A DNA stretch of 64,000 nucleotides from Obrimoposthia wandeli (taxonomy: Eukaryota): the NCBI GenBank assembly GCA_977020255.1, contig CDROCS010000586.1:124001-188000 (forward strand), given 5' to 3'. A program made the translations under genes and the position numbers. The notes under the pieces were generated by a model that saw nothing but the letters and a program-made list of their open reading frames with translations, was not told the DNA's origin and made no database searches. Below, piece after piece: positions 1 through 12,600 of this stretch. Position 1 is the stretch's first letter, and the number at the start of each line of letters is the position of its first letter.

Positions 1-1636
1 CTTTCAACAATTTAAAACGAAGTCATCAGAATTATATTCAAATTAAAATAGAGTGTTAGTGCAAGTGAACATTATATCATTAACAATTTATTGTATCTTT
101 TTCTATTTTTACTCATACATTTCCCCCATTCAGAAGCATTTTGGAGGTCTATATAAGGAAGATCATTCCTCCGTATTTGTTCATCAAACGGCCTTCTTTT
201 GAAACATGGTGAGTTGGGAGATATTTCCGTTTTTAGTCACATTAGTGGGCGAGGATATTTCTTGCATAACTATTTTAGTTTATAATTTTAACTTTCACGT
301 TTAATTATAACAAAATTAAAAAATATTAAAAATGTACATGTGTTTAAGTTTTGAACAAAATTCCAAATTATCGATTTTAAGATAATTCATCCGTACATGA
401 GTGATAATTTGTTAGATAAAAAACTCACCGGGGAATTTAATTTAAATATGAAAAGGTCACCTCGATGTTTCACGATTTTTAACCATTCAAACGAATAAGG
501 TATGAATCGTTAAAGAGGGCTCCGATAAACGAAAATGAGTTCAATAACATTAGCTATGTATTATTTGCAGTTGACGAGGAAATGAAAACGATATGGAGAA
601 AGATGATGACCCTGCACCCAATGAGGTTGCCTGGATGATATCAAAATACATAGTAACTAATTAGATAATTAGATAAATACCGAATATTTTCAACTCACTT
701 TTCTGTCTAAAACTCAAGTTGAGAGAATTGACACATGTTATTTGGCTTACAAATGGTACCCCATCTCCGATAAAAGTGGAATCCCGAAATACCATTAGGG
801 ATATAAGGGTGTTTTAAAATTTTCAATTTACATTTAATGAAACTAAAAAAAAAGTCTTAAGTTATAAATATTTCGATAATTTTGTCCAAATTAGCGATTA
901 AACTATAATTCCAAAATAACGATTCTATATATTTAAAAACAATCCCAGATACTGCAATTACACGAGGAAATAATTACACTCTTTCTTTTAGGCATGGAAC
1001 AAGAAGGAAATCATTTAATTCACTTTCGCCCTGGAAATTCTGCTAAACTCGCAAAGATTTATAATAGAAAAATAGCCAGAAATCTTCCAGATTAAACTCA
1101 GTTGAATTTGGGGCCCGAAAATAACCTGCTTGACTTCTACAAAACAAATTGAACCCTTAAGCGTGAATAAAGACAGAATTCTTTCGACCAATATTGTGAG
1201 ATGAGTGAACACATATTCTAGTGTATCCTTTGAAGAAACTATATGTAAGGAGAACCATGCGATTTTGAATCACCCCTCGATCTTCTGCACCTTCCTTTTT
1301 CTTCTAGTATGACACATCGTCAGCGATTTGTTGAAAGGATTCCAATTGATTGACGTTAAGACCATTTCTTGTCTTATGCAGATAACAGACTTTTAACATC
1401 ACGAGAAGAATTTACCAGAGTAGATTTTATTTGGTGCGTTATATAACTTTTTATCCCAAATTCAAATGAAGGATGTTATTTATGTAACTACGCTATTTGA
1501 TTTAAATTTTCGAATATTAGTAATGGATGCTAAAGTATATTTAACAAACAAAAATGATCAATTTAAACCTGAAAAAAGATATAATGCAATTATTAAAACT
1601 CCCTCTCATATTTAGTGGATACAACTAAAATATAAT

Positions 1637-3512
1637 TAGAGCTGTTTTTAGTCATAAATAAATGCCAATTTAGTCGTAAATAAATGCCAATTTAGTCATA
1701 AATAAATGCCAATTTAGTCATAAATAAATCGTATTAAACACAAATCGTATCAAACACATTTATTTAAAATATAAAATCAAAAGTTTTTTCATATTTTCTT
1801 TAGTTTATGATTGTCTTTTATCAGATAGAATGTTCCGATAAATCGAAAATGACCTCTCCACTTCCACAGAATTAATGAGAGCACTTTGGAGAGCAGCTAA
1901 TTCTCTTAAATGACATAATTATATATTAGGATCTACAACCTTTTGAAGTCCACGATTCTTGTTTAGAACATCTTCAAGTTTTTCTAACACATCTAACTCA
2001 AACTTTATTTTCATTTCATAAATGCGCTCAAAAAATATAGTCGGAGTACAGTAATTATTCACCTATAAGGGGTCCCACCTATAAGGGTGTCCTGTCACCG
2101 AAAATTTCACGCTTCACCTATAATAGTACCTTTCCAAGCTTTTAAATAATGCATCTATAAGTGATTCGGTGTCGGTCTCTCTCAAAAACATGTTTTAATG
2201 AATACCCTTACAGGTGAATAATTATTGTAGCATCCCTTCTTTCATACAGTGTAATTAAATCTACAAGTGGAATGTACTTTGTCTTTATATTTAATAAAAC
2301 TTTCTTGGTTGCATCATTACTAAGAATTTCTTGGATCTCAGCAATACTTGAAGCTTCAGAGGGATCATGTTTCATTACAAATAAGGAAATAGCTTCTAGA
2401 TGTTCAACATAATATGACATGGCTTCTAACCACTTTCCCCATCGAGTGGCACACGGTTCAGGCGGCAGTGGTATTCCTTCTTGTTATAATTTATGTCCTC
2501 TCAGAGGAGCCTTGATAAACATTCTTTTGCCATTCTTGACTAGAGCATTCACTTTAGTAAATTTACTTTTGATATATTCAGCAACTCTATTTAAACCATG
2601 TGCTAAACAAGGTACATGAATAATCTTTGGGTCAATTTGGGGTAATAAAAGACTAATCGAGAAATAAATAAGATCTTTGAAAATAAAATTACCTTTTGCA
2701 TATAGGAAGCATTATCCGTGACAATTACTAATATATTTCTCATGTCTAAATTCAAATTTCTCACAGTTTCATTAAGGCATTGTAGTAAAGTTACATTATC
2801 GACTCTTTCTAAATAAACCACATCAACCAAATATCAAAATGCCCAACAAAGAAATTTACAGCATACCGACCCATAACATCGGTACTTTCATCTAAACTTA
2901 CCCATATAAGTTTATTGTTGAGTTTCTCTTTAATTTCTCTTTAATACGTTTATTGAATACTTGAACAACATACTCCTTGCTTATAGTCGTTCTTTAAGAG
3001 GTCTTAATATTTGCGAATTCTTCTAAAAAACCTGAAAAATCGTTTTATTCAAGATTATATAAAGGAATATTACTTTTTGTAAATGCTTCTGCTATTCTTA
3101 AAATATAATAATCTCAATTATAGTCATTTGTTTCATTTCAGTTTGATTTAGTTTGTGAGAGATGGTGTCAATGTGTTGTTCTACAAACTGTTTCTTATCT
3201 GAATTGATAATAGTTCCGCACAATTCACAAATAAATCATTCGATAATATTTCTAAGCAGCCTTCCATTGCTATATGACTTCGACTTATCACTTATATTTT
3301 TGGTAATTTTAATAATTTTGGTCGACCATTTTAAATAAAAGGTTATTTTGTAAACATATTAATTATTAGAAATATAGATTCTTTAAAAAATAGAAATATT
3401 TAAGCAACTATTAATAACTGATAAAATACTTTACAATAACATGTTTTTTAACTTTCAGCCAATTTAGTTAAAAACTAAAAAAGTTTAGTTATTAACTAAA
3501 ATCACAGCTCTA
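1637..3512 (-). mobile_element. Degenerate hAT-superfamily DNA transposon
   Basis: TIRs TAGAGCTGT-TTTTAGT (1637) and ACTAAAATCACAGCTCTA (3512). Broken - strand transposase with VTDNASYM, HVPCLAHGL and ATRWGKWL motifs. The 8-bp flanks match only 5/8. Confidence 0.75.
1647..1729. repeat. 22-bp subterminal tandem repeat (~3.8 copies) of the hAT element
   Basis: Unit TTTAGTCATAAATAAATGCCAA at 1647, 1669, 1691, 1713. Confidence 0.85.
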
Positions 3513-3566
3513 TGTATCATTAACACGCACTAAATATTTTACTCAAAAATCACTTATCGATTTCAG

Positions 3567-3632
3567 TACGGAGAAAGTGTTGCGGTCCTACGAAAAATTC
3601 AGCGGAATCAGTTCGGATGAGCTGATGATCAA
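3567..3632 (+). CDS. FRMD4: FRMD4-like exon, FERM F2 helix (TEKVLRSYEKFSGISSDELMI)
   Basis: tttcag| acceptor and |gtgagt donor, phase 2 to 2; resembles EDRVIEHYKKLNGQTRGQAIVN. Confidence 0.75.
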
Positions 3633-6600
3633 GTGAGTATACAGAGTTCTGTGCCGGGGCCCATTTATGAGATCCCTTCGCTTTGCAGGTTCATGCACAC
3701 GATCTCAGAACTACCCTACCAACTTTTTCACTTCTTCCCAGCACGAGTAAGTGCTCCATATCCAGCTACAATTTTACTGTTCTTGTTTATCATTCTGAAA
3801 GACAAATAATTCTCTCACTCACAAACCCACTTTCATTTACTAACCTCTCACCCATTCACTCACTCCTCATTTCGCCACAACTCTCTTTTACCCGATATGC
3901 TTGGCTGACGACCGAATTTCAAACACTATTCGTAATTCCAAATAAATAAATTAAGCCCTCTTGAGGTCTCACTGTACTCTCAGGCGACCTTAGCAATGCT
4001 GAAATTAGTTTATTCTCAAGTTTGCTCATCCATGTCTCTCAATTTTTAGTTTTTCACTCCTGTTTAACGTTTCGTCATTTATCATTATTTTTCTGACAAT
4101 TTTCTGCTTTTACATCTATATCAATCTGCATATAAAATTGCTCATATTGAAATAATGATGAAAATATTATCAAATTATTTATTTTTCTTATTTTAATAAT
4201 GAAATATTTTTAAATTTAATTACAGTTACATAAATTAATTTATTGAAAGATATAGATTCTACAATTGAAACTTTATGTTCTAGTAGTTCAAACACCAAAT
4301 TATAAACTTATATTAAACCTTTTTAAAATTATTAAATGGTTACCTACTGACAATTGTGAGTAAACAATCTTCATCTAATATATCGATTTGTAAATTATTT
4401 AGGACACGTGATCTATGCTTTGAGCATTACTATAATCAATTTTACCTGTTCTACTGAATGTATCTTGCATTTACAATTTTTTAAAACAAGTTGAAATTAA
4501 TTGGTGTCGAAATAATTATGTCATAAGATTTGTGATGTAAATTTTCAGTATATCTCTATTAAACGACATAATATAATCGATGCATTTAATCTATATCGAT
4601 ATTTACAATGCAAATCTCATTCTTGTACGATCGAGTATTTTTAATTCTTTCCATTGCATCCGTAAATTACAGAATACAAATTTTATTCACAAATAGGTTA
4701 CTTATAGTCGTAAGTAATATATATTCTGTAGCTACAGAAATTTCTATTGCATTTCAAAATTTTTTCCTTCTCATTTAAGTTCGTGCCAATATTGATTTCT
4801 TTGTATTGAAATAAAATTTCAACACAAATAAAACGATTAAAAATTCCACCCGCTCAATTTAACTTTTGTGTTCCTATTTTAACAATACAGCAAAGAATCA
4901 GTACATACATCGTCCTCGATAAGCATATATATCGATCACAACTTATTGGCTGCTGAAAGTGCAATGTCGACTGTGTAGTACACATTAAATCAACCACTTC
5001 AGTCAGTTGACGTTTCTCCATCTCACAACAATAGTCTTGTTTGTAATCGGGTGATCTTGACTGCAGCAGCATCAGCATTGACAATAACACACATGCACCT
5101 CACACACATTCACACACAGAGACCTAGACAACAAACAAATCAAATCAATTGGAGTTATCAAATCTTTATTCATTACAATAATAAATATATAATTTCTGGG
5201 CCAAATGCTAATTAAATTGATATTGAATATTGAATATTGATTTTTCACATTTAAATTATATATTGTTGACAAATTTCCGACTCCAATCAAGGATTTCAAC
5301 TCTGTTCCTGTTCTCATTGGATTTGGTCGCTGTGGAATTATTGAGTGTGATAGACAGTCAAAAACTCGAATCAGATTAGTACGTGAATCCTATAATTTAT
5401 TATGTAATGTTTAAAAATATTTTTTGATTATATTTAACTAATTGAACAAGGTTTAAAGTGCAATTTGTATTCAATTACGATTTCCTATGTCTGATTACAA
5501 ATGACATGAATAAGTATTACTAATTCTTTGCAACAATATTTTTGAGCGCCTAAATGTGTAAATTTGTGTTAGATTATTGATTAAATTGTTGACACATTCG
5601 TCAATTATTTCTGTAAATTGGAATTGACTGTCAGTCTTCACTTTTGTTCGGATTTCGTCAGTTTTCCTGTGAAATTGTAATTTTTGTAATGTAGACAAAT
5701 GATCTAAACCGACGCAGATATTGAAGAGCTTACAAAACTATGGAAATTCTATGAAATTTAAGATAGGAAGAAAACGGATATATTTGGTAACAGTAATTTT
5801 TTAGATTGTTTTTTCAAATATCCGGATTTTAATTTTTTTGATAACGTATCGTTACAAAATAGTTTGTTGCGATTGACATTGAATATAATTCGTGTATCTA
5901 AACATAACGTTGTTTTATTAAAAAAACAAAAACAAGTATGACAACAATGTATTCAACTAGCACTGTTATCTTGTAACTTTTTGATATAATTCTCAAAGCT
6001 GCTTCCTGTTTTCCAAGATAGACATTATTCGTAATATTTCCTGAATAGCTGATTCTTGAGTTATGTTACAGTTTCTTTTATACACCAGTAAATCGTTGTG
6101 AAGACGTTGGTTAATTATTGACAAATTCTTTTATCGTGATGCATTTTATTGCAGTTCCGAACAAAACTGAATACAAGTTAACTGAATTTGTTTCGGGATG
6201 TTAAAATGAAATTTCCAATTCGTTGCTTACAATTTTGTCAACACCTGTTTTACAGGGATCTACTTTCTTTAAGTTTATATTTCGTGAAAGTGCAAATAAG
6301 ATCTATCGACCTATAATTGAGAATTTTATTCCGGTACCTTTTTTCGAGAAAGAAGCTCTAAATGCACGGTATAGAAATTGTACTAAATGTCAACATTTCC
6401 TCATCTCTCCTGCTTATTGTTTATCAGTTCATCGACACGGCAGCTAATGTAGGCTCAATACACAATGGCTAAATAATCAATACCTCACATCGCTAGATAC
6501 ACCAAAAACAAACGTTTCCACGACTAGCTGATGCTTTTGTTGTGAAGACTACTCGGTGTACAGCCTATTTCGTAGCAATATACAAAGTGTGTCAATTAGT

Positions 6601-9600
6601 AGAATGGAATTGCATGCCCACTTTACGTTGATTGTCCCAGGCTAATTGTCTTTTTAGTCAAACTTGTTGGTGTTAAGTTTGCTTGTGTTATACATAGATA
6701 AGAGTACTGAGAGTGTAGTTAGAGCGTAGTAAAACCGGGACATTCTTCATTAAAGAGCTCTTTTAAGAAATGCATCCAAAACATGACTAGAAATTCTACC
6801 CTGTACGTTCCAGGTCACGCTGAGTTGCACGAAGAAGATTATACACTTCTATACACTTCACATGGGGAAATGTTATCAGAAACAATTACGACGAACTTAA
6901 TTTTCCCGATAAAACTGTCAAATCCTTGGCATCGAAAAACCAATGGAGACATACCAGAAGTTAACGTGTGAATGGCAATATCGAGCACATTGGTTTTATT
7001 CCAACATTGACTAACCCAACCATCAATTGTGCTGTTTCCAACGAGATGGGGTAGCTGCACATTTCGTACTTGTAGTGAGAGATTTCTTAATCATGAACCT
7101 TCTTGAACGATGGTTTGGGCTGCAAGGTCGCTTTGAACTTGTCTTCTTTGAACTGTTTTGTGAGGGTCATCTTGAGACATTTGTTTACCCGACATATACC
7201 GACCACCATTGAATACTTTTAAGATATCATTTCATTTAAAGCAGAAAACATAATAGAAAAAGTGTGCACAAATGCCACTTGATTTTCAAGAACTTATGCT
7301 TAGTTAGTACAAGTGTTGATATTAAAGATATTTCATTCAGAGGTTCAGTAAATTCTTGGAAACCGGCGTTTACTGAATAATCAAATACATTTTAAATTCA
7401 ATTCTAGCTTTAATCGACAACCACTTCATTTTTATAAGACATCAGTTGAAATTCGTAGATGCAGCTTTATTCAGACTCAGTTATTCATTTAGTAAATTAC
7501 AGATAAATGTTTTGTGATTCTCAATTTCTATTACAACTGTAACATAAGTGTTGTGTTGCGGTGTTGGCACTGACCACAGAAGCATTTGATTGTCAGCAAC
7601 GATGGATACTAAGTGCCTGTCTTATATCGATTAAGCGGTGCAAAAATGCACTCTGTAATGTGTTGACTCATGTGTGGAGGTGTGTCGTAATGGAATAGTA
7701 ATGCTCACTGATGACAGCAGTCGTCATATTTAAACCTTTGTAAACACAAATACCGATATATGTTGTCAATTCCAACTCTGCTGGCCAGACTATTAATCGG
7801 GTGATCTGTGCTGCCGATTGATTCATCCCATTGGTTCAACCATCCCTGCTTACCAAAAAATGGTCCACTAAACATTTTTATTAAATCGTGCTACTTCAAT
7901 GAAGAAATCCACACATCAAACTCATTTGAAGGTTTAAAATAAGTTATGCACGTTACATCCTGTACTTCTAATAATAACCCGGATATTACTGGGTTAATTC
8001 AGTTTTATTTTAAGGCGTCTGGCATTTTTAATCAAATGAGTAGTGATTCTTTAATCGAATATTTCATCATCATGCCTGCAGAATTATTGTCAAATTGGTA
8101 ATTGTAGAGAAGTTGTTAGATTATTTGAGGCACCTCATGGACACTCAGTTGATATCAAGTCAATACCATCACTGATAAGGAGATTCAAGGAGACTGGGAG
8201 TGTTGATGAGGTAGAGCATAGCAAACCTGAAGAAGAAGATTGTAATGTAATAAATAGGACGGCTTTTGTTGAAGCAATGAAGTTGTAGGTGAAAATGCTT
8301 CTATACAAAATTTTGCATATAAAAGTCGCCTGTTCATTGCATTTTGAAATTAAAGTTGGGTCTCAAAAACTATCATAACTTATTACAATATGATTTGAAT
8401 AAAGGTGATCCTGACAGAAGACTCAACTTTTGTGAAAATTTTATTGAAATATTTGAGAATGACCCACAATTACTTGATATAAATTTATTATACCTTTTAC
8501 AGTTGAGAGCTATTCGCTGTAGGACGCCCGGGATTTTCCTGGTTGTTTAAATTGTATTTAATCTCGTCAGAATTGAAATATACACAAATAACTATTTTAC
8601 ATATAGCGTCCAAATTCATGTGTTTCGAGAAATCAAATTCCAATATAATGGCATCTTACTTTTTCGTAGCATAATCCTGCTAATAACTTTTGATAATTTT
8701 ATAAAACTTAGTTTTTCATTTAAAAATTCATTAATTTGGACTTCATGGTCACATTCAAAATCGATATTTATTTTATAAAAAACATTTCTCACTATATAGT
8801 TCATGGGGTACGGTAAAAATGGCAATGGAAAAATGGCAATATGCAAAATATGGAAGAAATGGCAAACTTATTTTATTTTATAAAAAATAAAATAAATTAA
8901 TAAGTAAAACCAACAAATTATTATAAACAAAGATACATTTGTTGTTCTCACATTTATTTACATTAAAATATTGTACAGTTATGCCATTTTATTTACACAT
9001 TATATATAACCAAATGCACATGTTTAATATTATTCACACATGAACATTAATATTACTATGCAGTCTTCGAGAACATCCTTTCAACATGTAGATAGCATTT
9101 AGGCAAATAGTTCACTCATCAACCACTTGGTTACAATTTGAGATAGCCTACATTTGAGATTTGAGAGAAGCCACTCTTTCAGAAGTGCAATTAGTTATTG
9201 TTGGTGCATTTGTTATCTAAATTTACTGTGATTATGACTTCATGGCTTCATGTTTTTTAAATTGGTTTTTTGTTGCAAATTCCTCACATGTTAAAATATT
9301 TGTATCAAAACTATTGAAATGTAATGTATAATTAAAAAATTAAAACAAGTCGATATATTTGAAACAGTTTATTTAGTTATAATCATTAATTATTAAGTAC
9401 GATATGTTACAAAAATATGAGATGAATGTATTGGTTTCTAATATACTCCATTGTTGTAAACGTGAACCGAGTATTTCAAAAATGAAAAAATAAAATGTGA
9501 CAATAACAGGTTTAACTTTACTTTTAGCCTCACACACATGAATTTCTTTAGGTTTCTTTAGTGTGTATATGTTGATGGCCAAAATTTTCTGTTTGTATTA

Positions 9601-12600
9601 TATTTTTTACCTTGTATATTTCGCTGTAACTTGGAGAAAGTTTCTATTTCACAGGATGCTGCCGCTAGGAAGCCAGTCTAGTTTCCCATTTAGCACTTAT
9701 AACAAAATTATTGCGTAAAAGTTCGGGATCATTTGTATCTGAGGGCAATCCTAATGAGGTTTATTTTCCCACCAAGTTGGAGGTCATCGAAGTTGTGTTT
9801 ACGTTTCACCAAATGTTATTATGGGCTGAAGGAAGTGGGCTACTAGTGAACTGGTGTGGTCAATTAAATTGAAGGGAGTAAATAGAATTACAAGTTCCAT
9901 TTTCCAGCTTATTGTCTAAATCGCTTAAAGATATTTTTATACAAAGCTGTAAAAATTAAATTCATATTAAAGTGAACATATTATGAAGCTCCATTAACTG
10001 GTGATTAATGCCATAATTGAATTGAAAATCCTTAATATTATTAAATGTTTTCTCATACAAAAGCCGAAATATTTATATGATCTTCTCGTGTCTAATGCAG
10101 CGAGCATGTATATGCATCTTAGGAGCAACTATGACTCGTTGATAAATAGACTAAAAAAGACTGCAGAATGGTAAAAAAATTTATAAATAATAAACAGAAA
10201 AATGCTCTTGAAAGAGATTGAGAAAATCTAGTTGTGTGAAATATTAAAATTATGTGTTTAGAAAGTTGTCGCTGAATATATCATTATTCCGTTTCAGAGA
10301 TACACGTGGGCCGAAATCTTTAATATCAGACACAACAAGAACCGCCTAAACATCGATATTCAAGACCTCAGCCACAAGTGAGTCCATGACATTTGATTTG
10401 TTGTTTTGCTTCTGCTCTCAATAGTATGAGCGCCAACAACGTCATACTTTCAACTGCTGCATATTTTTCAATCTGAGGATCTGACAGATTTTTATGTGTT
10501 CATTCTTCAAATCATAATAATAGCGCCAATCCACCAAGAAAGGAAATATATATTAAAAAAATATGAAGTAAATCAAACATAGTTTTTCAATTATTTACAC
10601 TCTAAGAACTCCTGTGGCTCAAGTATAAAAGATATAGTCAAACATTTTTATAGAGGGAAACAAGAACCTTCTCAGACGAAGATACGTTTGAAATGTATGT
10701 CAAACTCTGATAGAAAAGAAGTATGTCGTGTACTTGGTTACCCAAACCTTTTGTTCAAGATTCTCAACAAAATATTAAGACGAGAATTTGAAAAATACTG
10801 ATTTTAAGTATTGTCGTTTTTTCTCATTTACTCTACATTTATTATTATTATCGTTTAAGTTTTCCGGTTAAATTATCCTTACTTAGGTAATGACTTACTT
10901 CATTGTAATAGCCGTTTTAGCATTAAAAAAAATCTGGACAACTTGATTTGTGGGAAACGTTGCAGTAATAAGGTTGAATTAAATTATTTTGCTACATGAT
11001 TTAATCTAGCTGAAAACTAAAATAGTTAATTGTGTTTTATTTTAACAATCTATGGCTAGACATAAACAATTATATTTTGTCGTATTAATTTAGTTATATT
11101 TGTTATAGTGTATAACTTAAAATAGATATGAATATGCGAATTCAAATTATACTTTATTGGTTACATTTGACTCTGTACCTTTAGTAAGAAACCATTCATA
11201 GTCACAAATGTTAACATATTTATTAATTCAATAGTAATTTGTGTTTGATAAAGTATAAAAATAAGACCGAGGATACTGATAATTTGTAAGTAGTATATAT
11301 AGGGAATTTCTATTCACTTGTTTATAATTAATTTGAGTGTATCTGTGAACTTAGCGCACCAAAATGAAACACAAATTACCCTGTAGGCTGAGATGGATCC
11401 CAGGGGAACAAAACACAAATTACTATTTCAATAACATCATAGGTAGTAATCTCAAAATAGAAGTGGGGTATCAATAATAAGACTAAATCGATGTTGGAGA
11501 CACGAACCGACATCAGAATGATTAGAGGAGATAAATTTGTCGGTACACTTTGCTATTGTAACTGTATCCAAGACGACACAAATATTCCCAATTTCTCCTC
11601 AACACTACATATTTCAACATAACAGGCTTTTTCAACAAGTTTCAACATATGTTTATATTTAATTACTATATCTAATGAAGTTCACGAAAAACATAAAGTG
11701 CATAACTTTTCAAACCTTAAATATGAATGATAATTTTAATAAATATTTTCTGACTTTTTTCATTTTAAATGTTAATCAAACAATTTGTATTTACAATAAA
11801 AGGTAATATCCACTATACTATTAGTTAGAAATCACAAAACACTGAATGTGCAAAACATAAATTTATTCACTCCTCCAAATCCGGACGTTCCTCAATTGAC
11901 GATGAGCGAAACAAAAATTAAAGAACTCTTCCTGATGACCTAAAGTTGTTCAGACTGTTTTTAGGTCATTAGGAAGAGCTTCAGCGTAGTTTTATTCCAA
12001 CATGTCATCAACTGTGCGGTTTTTCAACAATATGGGAGCACAATGGTGAGGGAGAAGTGAACCAATGGTTTGTTCTGTAAGGTTTTCGGACTATTTGGTC
12101 GGCAAAGAACGAAATCCACCCGAGAACTTAAAGATATCATTTCATTTGAAGCACGGAACATCACACCTTATGTTTGCTCAAGTGTATCTTTGGTTTTTAC
12201 GAACGTCTTAAGAAATCTGTATTAATAGATGATAAAATATATGTTGAAAATAAATCATTTAGCTGCATCCATTACTTTCTTATTTGTTGATATATGAAAC
12301 TTCACAACTTCTTTTTATTGTATCCTATTTTGAAGTGTTTCTAAAATTGCGAAATACCAAATTATACAAATTTCCATTAAATCAGTGAAAATAATATATT
12401 TGTTCAGTCCGATTCTTTACATTTATTTAGCATATTTTATTTTATCATAAACAATGCAATTATTAAATCTGCCTCTAAACTATCGGTTGGATTGGGAGTT
12501 CGACTAATAATGCGTCAGCTCCATCCAGACGGCCATTGGGGGTGTTTGCTGATATGGGAAGATAAATGGATCATATCACACCCAAAGTGACTAAATTAGT

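Noticed and set aside
1382-1433. Possible upstream FERM exon (NRLLTSREEFTRVDFIC)
   Set aside because: The phase fits exon 3567 but similarity is too weak to call.
5718-5790. ILKSLQNYG, resembling FERM IVESLPTYG
   Set aside because: The splice phase is incompatible, and exon 3689-3746 already supplies this segment with correct phase and length.
6256-6333. GSTFFKFIFRESANKIYR as a FERM exon
   Set aside because: Wrong order relative to the confirmed F2 exons and a weak donor; likely chance in AT-rich DNA.
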